Shown one piece after another: positions 38,373 to 47,465 of a stretch of 64,000 nt of DNA; within the stretch, counting starts at the first letter, position 1; each line of letters opens with the position of its first letter. A program made the translations under genes and the position numbers. The DNA comes from Ignavibacteria bacterium (GTDB lineage Bacteria > Bacteroidota > Ignavibacteria > Tepidaquicellales > Tepidaquicellaceae). The notes under the pieces are model-generated. The model was given only the letters and a program-made list of their open reading frames with translations. It made no database searches and was not told where the DNA came from. Location of the stretch: positions 6,266-70,265 of the forward strand of contig JBBRQV010000001.1 of assembly GCA_038225955.1 (NCBI GenBank). The letters run 5' to 3'.

Positions 38373-39062
38373 ATGGCAGGTGACTATGTTTTTTTATTAT
38401 GTATTTTTGCATCGGTGCTGATAGGACTCGCTGTTTATTATTACAAAGATGTTTATAAAAGAAGATTGTTAACTAATCAGCTTTTACAAATTCCCGGTTC
38501 AGAGAAAAAATACGAGTATAAACATTTACCTGAGAAATACACTAACTACGAATTAAAGGGTTACATAAAGAATTATGAGTGGAAACTGCAGGAGATGTTC
38601 AACAGGGAAAACGACAGATATACTTCGAATAAGAATCATGACTACATAAAATTTTCTGCCGACTTAGATAAAAATCAGCATACGATTTTTATTCACAAGA
38701 AAAATGATGTTGTTACAAAGCCCGGACTTTTTGACCATATACAAAAAGTTTTTTTTGATGGGAAGATTCAAAACAAAGATGTTGATGCGCAGGTGAAGGA
38801 AATGAACATTGTTCCATTTGGTAATACCGGGGAATTTATAAAGAATTTTTACGTTTTTGCTAAAAACAAGAACTCGGTAAAAAGAGTTTTAACTGAGTTA
38901 GTTGAAGATATAATTGTTCACGATTTTCAGTGGTGCAAAGAAGATTCTTTTAAAGTAATAATTTTAAAAGATAAGCTTATAATAAAGACACACACTTCGA
39001 TTAACTCGGGAGAGATAAAATCAATAATCCGCTTAGGCGAAAGACTGCTTGAATATTTATGA
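38373..39062 (+). CDS. Hypothetical membrane-anchored protein, 229 aa
   Basis: N-terminal TM helix. ATGA overlap with the next gene. Confidence 0.6.
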   Translation: MAGDYVFLLCIFASVLIGLAVYYYKDVYKRRLLTNQLLQIPGSEKKYEYKHLPEKYTNYELKGYIKNYEWKLQEMFNRENDRYTSNKNHDYIKFSADLDKNQHTIFIHKKNDVVTKPGLFDHIQKVFFDGKIQNKDVDAQVKEMNIVPFGNTGEFIKNFYVFAKNKNSVKRVLTELVEDIIVHDFQWCKEDSFKVIILKDKLIIKTHTSINSGEIKSIIRLGERLLEYL

Positions 39063-39541
39063 ATACAATAATAATAGATGGGAATAATCTACTGCATAAA
39101 ATTCCTTCGTTTAAAAAAAGTTTTACTGTAAATCCCGATAACACGAGACGCTCTCTTGTTGAAGCGGTAAAGGTGCGGGTAAGAATTAAATCTAAAATAA
39201 TTTTTGTGTTCGACGGACACAGCGATGACAAAATGCAAAATGTGATTTATTCAGGAAAACAAACTGCTGACACTGTAATAAGAAAATATATAGAGGATAA
39301 TTACAATAAGGATTCTATCAAAGTAATCAGCTCTGATAATGAAATAACTTCTCTTGCCAAAGTTTGCGGATGCGAAATAAGCACATCAGAAAAATTCTGG
39401 GAAGATATAAACGCTTCTAAATCATCACCAACAAAAGGAAAAAATATCAATCAGCTTTATAAATATGATGACGAGGAAAGAGAAAAGCCGACAGGAACAA
39501 GCAAGAAAGATTTTAACGAGTACTTAAAACATTTTACTTAG
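39059..39541 (+). CDS. NYN/PIN-like domain protein (YacP/Rae1-like)
   Basis: MNTIIIDGNNLLH...IIFVFDG matches the YacP-like NYN N-terminus. Confidence 0.65.
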   Translation: MNTIIIDGNNLLHKIPSFKKSFTVNPDNTRRSLVEAVKVRVRIKSKIIFVFDGHSDDKMQNVIYSGKQTADTVIRKYIEDNYNKDSIKVISSDNEITSLAKVCGCEISTSEKFWEDINASKSSPTKGKNINQLYKYDDEEREKPTGTSKKDFNEYLKHFT

Positions 39542-39547
39542 TTTAAA

Positions 39548-40081
39548 ATGACATCAAACGAACTTCTTCACGAGTACATAAAAAATGAAGGGTTGCGAAA
39601 GCACTGTTACGCAGTAGAATCGTGCATGAGATTCTATGCAAAGAAGCTGAACGAAGACGAAGATAAATGGGCAGCAGCAGGATTGCTGCATGATATGGAC
39701 TGGGAAATGTACCCTGATACTCATCCGAACACAGCAGTTCCGATTCTTGAACAAAACGGTTACGACAAAGAAACAATCGATGCAATTCTAGGACATGCTT
39801 ATCCTGACAGGACAAATACACCGCGAGAAACCCCTCTTGCAAAATATCTTTTTGCATGTGATGAGATTACGGGATTTGTAACTGCATACTCTCTAATGAA
39901 ACCGGATGGGATGAACAGCGTAGAAGCAAAGAGTATAATTAAGAAGATGAAGGATAAAGCTTTTGCGCGAAACGTAAGCAGAGATGATATAAAACTCGGC
40001 GCAGAAGAAATAGGCATTTCTCTTGAGGAGCATATTACAAATGTAATTGAAGTTCTGAAAGGCGATGAAAGATTAAAATAA
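39548..40081 (+). CDS. HD-domain phosphohydrolase (HDIG type)
   Basis: RKHCYAVE..AGLLHDMDWE..HP..GHAYPD metal-binding His/Asp pattern. Confidence 0.85.
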   Translation: MTSNELLHEYIKNEGLRKHCYAVESCMRFYAKKLNEDEDKWAAAGLLHDMDWEMYPDTHPNTAVPILEQNGYDKETIDAILGHAYPDRTNTPRETPLAKYLFACDEITGFVTAYSLMKPDGMNSVEAKSIIKKMKDKAFARNVSRDDIKLGAEEIGISLEEHITNVIEVLKGDERLK

Positions 40082-40126
40082 AAAAGATTTCTTCTTATAT
40101 TTTTCAAGAAAGAAGAAATCTTTTTT
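40082..40126. terminator. Bidirectional terminator
   Basis: AAAAGATTTCTTCTT-13 nt-AAGAAGAAATCTTTT perfect 15-bp stem plus a T-run. Confidence 0.8.
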
Positions 40127-40150
40127 ATTTACATAGGAAACTTTCAAAAT

Positions 40151-41401
40151 TTATTTTATAAGCACCATCTTCTTTTTATCTGCAAAGTTTTCTGTAATAA
40201 GTTCGTAAAAATAAATCCCGCTGGCTAAATTACTTCCGTTAAATTGCACCTGATAGCTTCCTGCCGTTAATTTTTCACTCACTAAGACCTCTACTTCCTT
40301 TCCTAGCAAATTATAAATCACCAGTTTCGTATCTGATGTTTGAGAAATATCAAACTTGATTACAGTATTAGGATTAAAAGGATTTGGATAATTTTGCATT
40401 AAGGAAAATTTATCCGGAACCGACTGCGAGACAGGCTTAATGCCTATAGTTCCTCCCGTTAAAGTCCTGATTATTTTTGCAGAGTAGGTGCAGCAATAAA
40501 CTGTATCGCGGTTTATTACAAACATATCAGAAATACCATCGGTGTTGCTCTGTGCTTGCGTAAACCAGTTTCCTCCGCCGTTTGTTGTTTTCATAATTGG
40601 CCCGGCAGTCCACGTTGCATATCCGGTGGAAGGATTTGCAAATGAAATTTTTGTAAACCCCCTGGATGTATCTATATAATGCTGATACCAATTTTCTCCG
40701 CCATTATTTGTTTGCAGATATCCTCCATGCAAATCTAAAGCGAAGCCGGTTAAAGAATTTGCAAAAGTTATTGATACCAAAGGTGAAGGATGTATAGATG
40801 CCTGTATATTCCAGTTAGCTCCGCCGTTTGTTGTATTTAAAATTACTCCATTGGATGTAGTAGCAAATCCGGAATTCACATTTAAAAAATGAAAGTCCGA
40901 GATACGGTCTCCTGGGTGAGGCTGAGGGCTCCAGTTCAAACCGCCATTTGTTGTTTTTAGAATCTGAGATTGATCTCTCCCATATCCTGTATTCTCATTT
41001 AAAAAATTAATACTGATAATACTGCCATCACTATTTACAGTAGTTCTTTGCCAGTTTACACCGCCATTAGTAGTTTTATAAATAAGTCCGCTGTTTCCGG
41101 GCACAGGATTTCCGGACATAAATCCGGTCTGCTCATTTATGAAATTTACCTTAATTAAATTTTCAGCAGTTGCGCTGAAAATTTCAGTCCAGTTAAAACC
41201 ACCATCTGAAGTTTTTAGCAAAGCTGAATGTCCCCCAAACTGAATATACATTGCAAAACCGGTTTTTGCATTTACGAAGGATATGCTATAAAAATTAATT
41301 TCAGGATTACTGTAAACTGTTACCCAGCCTGTCTGGCTGTATAAATTTGTGAGGGAAGTGGATAAGAACATGAGGGAAAGTAAAAAAATTACTTTCTTCA
41401 T
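40151..41401 (-). CDS. Ycf48/BNR-like beta-propeller protein with T9SS C-terminal domain
   Basis: Six T(T/S)(N/D)GG.NW repeats, C-terminal QNYPNPFNPNT...KKKMVLIK. Confidence 0.85.
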   Translation of the reverse strand: MKKVIFLLSLMFLSTSLTNLYSQTGWVTVYSNPEINFYSISFVNAKTGFAMYIQFGGHSALLKTSDGGFNWTEIFSATAENLIKVNFINEQTGFMSGNPVPGNSGLIYKTTNGGVNWQRTTVNSDGSIISINFLNENTGYGRDQSQILKTTNGGLNWSPQPHPGDRISDFHFLNVNSGFATTSNGVILNTTNGGANWNIQASIHPSPLVSITFANSLTGFALDLHGGYLQTNNGGENWYQHYIDTSRGFTKISFANPSTGYATWTAGPIMKTTNGGGNWFTQAQSNTDGISDMFVINRDTVYCCTYSAKIIRTLTGGTIGIKPVSQSVPDKFSLMQNYPNPFNPNTVIKFDISQTSDTKLVIYNLLGKEVEVLVSEKLTAGSYQVQFNGSNLASGIYFYELITENFADKKKMVLIK

Positions 41402-41533
41402 AACGAAATTTTAAAATATGTTTATGCAAATATCATTTAAGGAAATCTTAAATGACGTTTAATAGATGAGATGCACGTACAAAAATTCATAAAAATATTT
41501 ACAATTGCAACTACCAATATTTAAACACGTTAA

Positions 41534-41629
41534 TATAAAATAGGAGTTCCTATTGCGGAGCATATTAAAAATGTAATGAGTATTTTTAATAAGTCACGCA
41601 AGAAAAGTTACAAAGAAAAATTAATTTAA
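41534..41629 (+). pseudogene. Relic of the 3' end of an HD-domain gene (paralog of 39548..40081)
   Basis: 41538..41580 matches 40008..40050 at 34/43 nt. Translation YKIGVPIAEHIKNVMSIFNK compares with AEEIGISLEEHITNVIEVLKG. No start codon, and an in-frame stop lies 3 codons upstream. Confidence 0.55.
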
Positions 41630-41632
41630 ACG

Positions 41633-42559
41633 ATGGAAGTAATATCAACAAAGAATTTAAAGAAAGATTATCAGGCAGGCGGTTTCAGTAAAGAAAAAAT
41701 TACTGCGCTGAAAAACTTTTCTTTCAATGTGAATCAGGGTGATATATTCGGACTGCTCGGACCAAACGGCGCAGGAAAAACAACACTGGTAAAAATTCTT
41801 CTTGGGATTGTTTACCCGACCGAAGGAGAAGTTTCCATCTTCGGTGAAAGCATTAAGAACGAAAAATATAAAAATAAAATCGGCTACCTTCCCGAGAACC
41901 ATAAATTTCCAAATTACTTATCAGGTGAACAGGTTTTGCATTACTTCGGAATGCTTAGCGGACTTACAAGCACTGAAGTTAAAAGCAGAAGCGATGAGTA
42001 TTTGAGAATTGTTGATATGGAAAAATGGAAGAAGACAAAAATAAAAAAGTATTCCAAAGGAATGATGCAAAGGCTTGGCATTGCGCAGGCAATGATAAAC
42101 GAACCTGAATTAATTTTCCTTGATGAACCCACTGACGGCGTTGACCCTATAGGCAGAAAAGAAATAAGAGATATTTTATTAGCATTGAAAGATAAAGGAA
42201 AAACAATTTTTCTGAACTCTCATTTATTAAGCGAGATAGAATTGATGTGCAATAAAGTTGCCATTCTTAATAAAGGCGAGCTGATAAAAGAAGGCACGAT
42301 TGACGAAATAACATCAAGTGGAAATAATTATATGTTCACAACATCCGATTTATCCGACGATGTAATAAATATTTTATTAAGCCAGTATTTTGCATCAGTG
42401 CACGGAAAGAATGAGTTCATTGTTAATACAGATTCAACTGAAAAGCTTAACAACATAATAGATATTTTACGAAAGAATAATATTTTAATCTTAAGCTTCT
42501 TTAAAGAGAAAAACTCTCTTGAAAATATGTTTATCAATTTAATCGGCAGTCAAAACTAA
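41633..42559 (+). CDS. ABC transporter ATP-binding protein
   Basis: Walker A GPNGAGKTT, signature YSKGMMQRL, Walker B LIFLDEPTDG. Confidence 0.9.
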   Translation: MEVISTKNLKKDYQAGGFSKEKITALKNFSFNVNQGDIFGLLGPNGAGKTTLVKILLGIVYPTEGEVSIFGESIKNEKYKNKIGYLPENHKFPNYLSGEQVLHYFGMLSGLTSTEVKSRSDEYLRIVDMEKWKKTKIKKYSKGMMQRLGIAQAMINEPELIFLDEPTDGVDPIGRKEIRDILLALKDKGKTIFLNSHLLSEIELMCNKVAILNKGELIKEGTIDEITSSGNNYMFTTSDLSDDVINILLSQYFASVHGKNEFIVNTDSTEKLNNIIDILRKNNILILSFFKEKNSLENMFINLIGSQN

Positions 42560-42570
42560 ATTTTAAGAAT

Positions 42571-43371
42571 TTGATTTTCAAAACACTAATATCAGGCGTA
42601 ATAAGAGAAGCAATTGCAAAAAAAGTTTTTCTCGGCTTCTTTATACTATCCACACTTATACTACTCGGTTTCTTTATTTTTTTAAATACCGATTCCGTTA
42701 CAGGCGTTGCAACAATGGCGGGAGACGATATTAATCAGTTTGTTTTAGGCTCAGAGATTTTTATACTGAATGTTTCTTACTTACTCTTAATTACTTTTTG
42801 TTTAATCGGAGTTTCATCGATTATTCCTTCGATGCTTGAGAAAGGCAATATTGATTTGATGTTATCAAAACCTATTTCAAGGGCAAAAATAATTTTAGGT
42901 AAGTTTACAGGCGGAGTGCTTCTAATTTTTGTAAGTCTCGTTTACCTGCTCGGTGCTGTATGGTTAATGGTTTCATTTAAGTTTGGCTATTGGAATGCAT
43001 CGGTCCTCTCTTCGATATTTATACTCACTTTTTCATTTGCAGTTATTTACTCGCTCGTAATTTTCATTGGAGTGATGACGCAAAGCTCAGTGCTTTCAAT
43101 TATCATAAATATATTTTTAATATTTCTTATCTGCCCGTTTCTGGCTTCAAGAGAGACAGTATTATTTCAGTTTATAACAAACAACGTTGCCCAGTTTATA
43201 ATTAATTTTTTCTATTACATACTGCCAAAGCCTGGTGACCTGCAAACCATCACTACACATATTATTAATAAAGAAAATATTCCGTCCTGGCAGCCGGTGT
43301 TAACATCGGCTCTGTTTCTGATTACTTTTCTTTCTGCATCAATTTATTTCTTTAAGAAAAAAGATTATTAA
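42571..43371 (+). CDS. ABC-2 type transporter permease
   Basis: Six predicted TM helices, immediately after the ATPase gene. TTG start. Confidence 0.7.
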   Translation: MIFKTLISGVIREAIAKKVFLGFFILSTLILLGFFIFLNTDSVTGVATMAGDDINQFVLGSEIFILNVSYLLLITFCLIGVSSIIPSMLEKGNIDLMLSKPISRAKIILGKFTGGVLLIFVSLVYLLGAVWLMVSFKFGYWNASVLSSIFILTFSFAVIYSLVIFIGVMTQSSVLSIIINIFLIFLICPFLASRETVLFQFITNNVAQFIINFFYYILPKPGDLQTITTHIINKENIPSWQPVLTSALFLITFLSASIYFFKKKDY

Positions 43372-44408
43372 TGCGATATAAATTTTTATGTGCGATATTA
43401 ATATGTTTTTCTTTTTTCTTATACTCGTGCTCAAATAATGCACCTAAAATTGAGCCTCTTCCTATATCTGTAAAAAACAATTTTAATCTTTTACAAAAAG
43501 ACCCGCAGTTTGTTTTATACATCAACTTTAAATCGATGAATAAAACTTCCTTCTGGAAAGCAAATATTTCAGATTCTCTTTTAAATTCAGAAAGAACTTT
43601 TGGCAGCTTATTAAATACTTTCAAAGTTGCAACAGGAGCATCAATCTCAGAGGGACTTGACGAACTTTATTATTCGAACTCATGGATGGGTGAAAACTCT
43701 ATTGTGCTTAAAGGAATTTTTGACAGGAAAAAACTGAACGACTATCTACTGAACGATTCAAATTTTTCAAAGGCGAATGCTAAAGACGGTACACCCGTTT
43801 ATATGAAAAACGATAACCGCTTGTATTTTTTCTTTAAAGATAATTTCACAATATGTGCAAGTAATTACATGACTATTATTGATGGGATGACTACAATAAG
43901 AGATACATCCAAAACCGGACTACTGGAAAATCCGGAAATGGTTTCTGCTATAGAAAAAATTTATAATAAAGAAAGCTTGTGGATGATTTCTAAGGAACAA
44001 ATGTTTATCCGGGGCATTTTTATGAATTTTCTTGAGTCGAAATTAGAAACGGGTTCAAGCAACAGCAGTAAAGAAATCGATTCAAACAAAATTAGCATTG
44101 AAAATATTTACAGCAAGATATCCTCCGTATCTTTTTCGGCTAAAATGGATAATGATTTAAACTTCTTTATTCAGACGGATTTTATTAATGGAGAGTCGTC
44201 AACATTCTTTAAAAATTTTATTACGGGTATGCTTTCGCTTTCGAAGATTGCCTCAACTGTAAAGGGAAACGAAAAATCCCCCTCAGATAAAATTCTTGAA
44301 GCAACTAAAGTGGAATCCTATGATAATACGGTAATGATAATTATGAATGTGAACAACAGTAACATCAGCGATTTCCGCAAAGGTGCAATTATAAAAAAGC
44401 CAAACTAG
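43371..44408 (+). CDS. Lipoprotein of unknown function, 345 aa
   Basis: Lipobox FLYSC. TAATG overlap with the permease gene. Confidence 0.6.
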   Translation: MRYKFLCAILICFSFFLYSCSNNAPKIEPLPISVKNNFNLLQKDPQFVLYINFKSMNKTSFWKANISDSLLNSERTFGSLLNTFKVATGASISEGLDELYYSNSWMGENSIVLKGIFDRKKLNDYLLNDSNFSKANAKDGTPVYMKNDNRLYFFFKDNFTICASNYMTIIDGMTTIRDTSKTGLLENPEMVSAIEKIYNKESLWMISKEQMFIRGIFMNFLESKLETGSSNSSKEIDSNKISIENIYSKISSVSFSAKMDNDLNFFIQTDFINGESSTFFKNFITGMLSLSKIASTVKGNEKSPSDKILEATKVESYDNTVMIIMNVNNSNISDFRKGAIIKKPN

Positions 44409-44412
44409 TTTA

Positions 44413-45438
44413 TCAATCCTTATCGTTCTCTTTCAAAAACTTTTCAGCTTGCAAAACATCTTCTTCACTTCCTATAAATAACGGTACTCTTTGATGTAAT
44501 GCATTGGGTGTTATTTCCAAAATTCTTTCTTTGCCTGTTGATGCCCTGCCGCCTGCCTGCTCCACAATAAATGCCAATGGATTTGCCTCGTACATCAATC
44601 TCAGCTTACCATTTTTATTTTTCTTATCTGCAGGATAAATAAATATACCGCCATACAATAAATTCCTATGAAAGTCCGCAACAAGCGAACCTACATAACG
44701 CGATGAGTAAGGTCTGCTTGTATCTTTATCATCTTCTTTCAGATAATTTATATACGTCTGCATTCCTTTCGACCATCTGCAATAATTACCTTCGTTCGTA
44801 GAGTATGTTTTCGATTTTTTTGGAATCTGCATATTTTCATAGCTCAGTAAAAATTCACCTACAGTTGGGTCCAACGTAAATCCATGCACACCCTTTCCAG
44901 CTGTATAAACTAAAAATGTGCTTGAGCCATAAACAACATACCCTGCAGCAACCTGCTCTACACCTTTTTGCAAACAATCAGCTTCTGTACCTGGACCTGC
45001 TTCCGAGATTCTCTTATAAATAGAAAAAATTGTACCGATAGAAATATTTGCTTCAATATTCGAAGAGCCGTCTAAGGGATCGAAATGGCAAATATATTTA
45101 TTGCTGATGGAATTATTTAAAATATATTTATCCTCGAGTGGAATAAACTCCTCTTCTTCCTCCGAGCATACTGCGCAGATGTGTCCGCCTGCTTTCATTG
45201 TATTAGTAAGAATATCGTTTGCATACACATCAAGTTTTTTAACGGCTTCTCCCTGCACATTTTCATCGCCTGTGAATCCGAGTATGTCAATCAATCCTGC
45301 TCTGTTAACCTCCAGCGAAATTACTTTGCATGCAAGCGCAATATCAGCAAGCAAATCGGAAAGCTGCCCTGTAGCTCCGGGAATACTTCTTTCCTGGTCA
45401 ATTATATGTCTGTAAAAAGTTTGAAACTTGTTAATCAT
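44413..45438 (-). CDS. fbp: Class 1 fructose-1,6-bisphosphatase
   Basis: DPLDGSSNIEANISIGTIFSIY and GKLRLMYEANPLAFIVEQAGG motifs. Confidence 0.9.
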   Translation of the reverse strand: MINKFQTFYRHIIDQERSIPGATGQLSDLLADIALACKVISLEVNRAGLIDILGFTGDENVQGEAVKKLDVYANDILTNTMKAGGHICAVCSEEEEEFIPLEDKYILNNSISNKYICHFDPLDGSSNIEANISIGTIFSIYKRISEAGPGTEADCLQKGVEQVAAGYVVYGSSTFLVYTAGKGVHGFTLDPTVGEFLLSYENMQIPKKSKTYSTNEGNYCRWSKGMQTYINYLKEDDKDTSRPYSSRYVGSLVADFHRNLLYGGIFIYPADKKNKNGKLRLMYEANPLAFIVEQAGGRASTGKERILEITPNALHQRVPLFIGSEEDVLQAEKFLKENDKD

Positions 45439-45456
45439 TTTGAGAGAGGTATTGTT

Positions 45457-46032
45457 TTAATTATTTTTTAAATTTCTTTCAATGTAGTCAATCAAAGTAT
45501 GAATTACTTTTATGTGAATCTCCTGCACTCTATCGGAGTATTTTGAATGGGGTGCACGAATTTCTACATCACAAACACTTGCCATTTTACCACCGTCTTT
45601 CCCCGTAAGTCCCACGACTTTCATTCCTTTTTCCTTTGCAGCATCAATAGCATTTAAAATATTTTTTGAGTTGCCGCTTGTACTTATCGCAAGCAATACA
45701 TCTTCTTCTCTTCCAATTCCTTCAACATATCTTGAAAATATTTTCTCGTAACCGTAATCGTTGCTGACGCACGTAATGTGAGATGCGTCTGAAATGGAAA
45801 CTGCTCCTATAGCTCTTCTATCATCGCGGAATCTCCCCGTCAGCTCTTCAGCAAAGTGCATAGCATCACACATTGAACCACCATTACCACAGGAAATAAT
45901 TTTTCCGCCGTTATTTAAAGATTCAATAAATACATCACCAGCATTTTTAATTTTTTCAAAATTAGCATCATCTGAAATAAATTTTTCCAGAACACTCTGT
46001 GCTTCAATAAAATTTTCTTTTATGTTATTCAT
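45457..46032 (-). CDS. gmhA: D-sedoheptulose-7-phosphate isomerase (SIS domain)
   Basis: [17 protein letters not shown]...ISTSGNS...QEIHIKVIH is typical of GmhA. Confidence 0.85.
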   Translation of the reverse strand: MNNIKENFIEAQSVLEKFISDDANFEKIKNAGDVFIESLNNGGKIISCGNGGSMCDAMHFAEELTGRFRDDRRAIGAVSISDASHITCVSNDYGYEKIFSRYVEGIGREEDVLLAISTSGNSKNILNAIDAAKEKGMKVVGLTGKDGGKMASVCDVEIRAPHSKYSDRVQEIHIKVIHTLIDYIERNLKNN

Positions 46033-46086
46033 GTATCTTTGTCATTTAACTTTTAGTTTTTCTTAAATCACTTTACGTACAATTTA

Positions 46087-47448
46087 TCAAAATAATTTAT
46101 CCAGCGCATCTTTAATTTTTTCCACACCTATAATCTCAAAATTCTTGTTAGACCTGTATTCTTTTAAATTACTTTTCGGAACTATGATTCTTTTAAAGCC
46201 AAGCTTTGCAGCTTCATTAATTCTTTTATCTAGATAAGAAATTGTTCGCACTTCACCTGATAAACCAATTTCTCCCAGGATAACTGTCTCCGAATCCAAC
46301 GGAATATCTTTATAGCTCGAGCAGATGCTCATTGCAACTGCTAAGTCAATTGCTGTCTCATCTATCTTTACTCCGCCCGCTATATTTAAAAATACATCCG
46401 CTTTATTCAGATGAAAACCAAGTTTTTTTTCAAGTACAGCAAGCATAATGCTTAATCGCTTATAATCAAATCCCATCGAAGTCCTCTGCGGAATTCCGTA
46501 ACTTGTTGCAGAAACTAATGCCTGCACTTCAATTAAAATCGGGCGGGTTCCCTCTATTGCAGATGATATACTGCAGCCGGAAGCGCCATAATTTCTTTGT
46601 GATAGAAAAACTTCACTGGGATTTTTCACTTCGTTCAATCCCATTTCCGTCATTTCAAATATACCGATTTCATTGGTGGAACCGAAACGATTTTTTATTC
46701 CGCGCAAAATTCTGTAAGCATGGGTGCGTTCACCTTCAAACTGAAGCACTACATCTACCATGTGTTCAAGGATTTTAGGTCCGGCAATCATGCCGTCTTT
46801 GGTAATGTGCCCGACTACAAATATAGGGATGTTTTTCGTTTTTGCAATATTAATCAGAAGGGCTGTTGATTCGCGAAGCTGCGAGACAGTGCCCGGAGCG
46901 CTTTCAATATCGTTACGATGGACGGTTTGAATCGAATCAATCACAATCAGTTCGGGCTGTTCGCTTTCAATTACTGCCTGAATTATTTCAAGATTTGTTT
47001 CGGACAGAATATAAAAGTTTTCGAGATGGTAGTTTAATCTGTCGCTTCGCATTTTAATCTGAAGCGCTGACTCTTCACCGCTGACATATAAAAACTTTTT
47101 ATCTTTTATCTTATCGGCAATCTGAAGCATAAGAGTTGACTTACCGATACCGGGATCTCCTCCTATAAGAATAACTGAGCCGCCGACTATTCCGCCGCCT
47201 AAAACTCTATCAAGCTCTTCAATGCCTGTTTGAATTCTGTTTTCACCAAACGTTTCAATTTCTGTTATTAATTTTATATTTGCGCTCTGGCTTTTCAGTC
47301 CGACTTTGCGCGCAAGCTTTTCAGTATGTGTATCAATTATTTCTTCGACAAGCGTATTCCATAATCCGCACTCAGGGCATTTACCGCTCCAGCGAGGACT
47401 TGCATAGCCGCAGTTTTGACAGACGTATTTACTTTTTAATTTTGACAG
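46087..47448 (-). CDS. radA: DNA repair protein RadA/Sms (start proposed at the CTG at 47446..47448)
   Basis: The track ORF begins at an internal Met (47130). The frame stays open upstream and encodes the RadA zinc ribbon (YVCQNCGYASPRWSGKCPECGLWNT) and Walker A (GGDPGIGKST). C-terminal Lon-like domain. Confidence 0.9.
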   Translation of the reverse strand: MSKLKSKYVCQNCGYASPRWSGKCPECGLWNTLVEEIIDTHTEKLARKVGLKSQSANIKLITEIETFGENRIQTGIEELDRVLGGGIVGGSVILIGGDPGIGKSTLMLQIADKIKDKKFLYVSGEESALQIKMRSDRLNYHLENFYILSETNLEIIQAVIESEQPELIVIDSIQTVHRNDIESAPGTVSQLRESTALLINIAKTKNIPIFVVGHITKDGMIAGPKILEHMVDVVLQFEGERTHAYRILRGIKNRFGSTNEIGIFEMTEMGLNEVKNPSEVFLSQRNYGASGCSISSAIEGTRPILIEVQALVSATSYGIPQRTSMGFDYKRLSIMLAVLEKKLGFHLNKADVFLNIAGGVKIDETAIDLAVAMSICSSYKDIPLDSETVILGEIGLSGEVRTISYLDKRINEAAKLGFKRIIVPKSNLKEYRSNKNFEIIGVEKIKDALDKLF

Positions 47449-47465
47449 GGGATGAAATGTTATTA

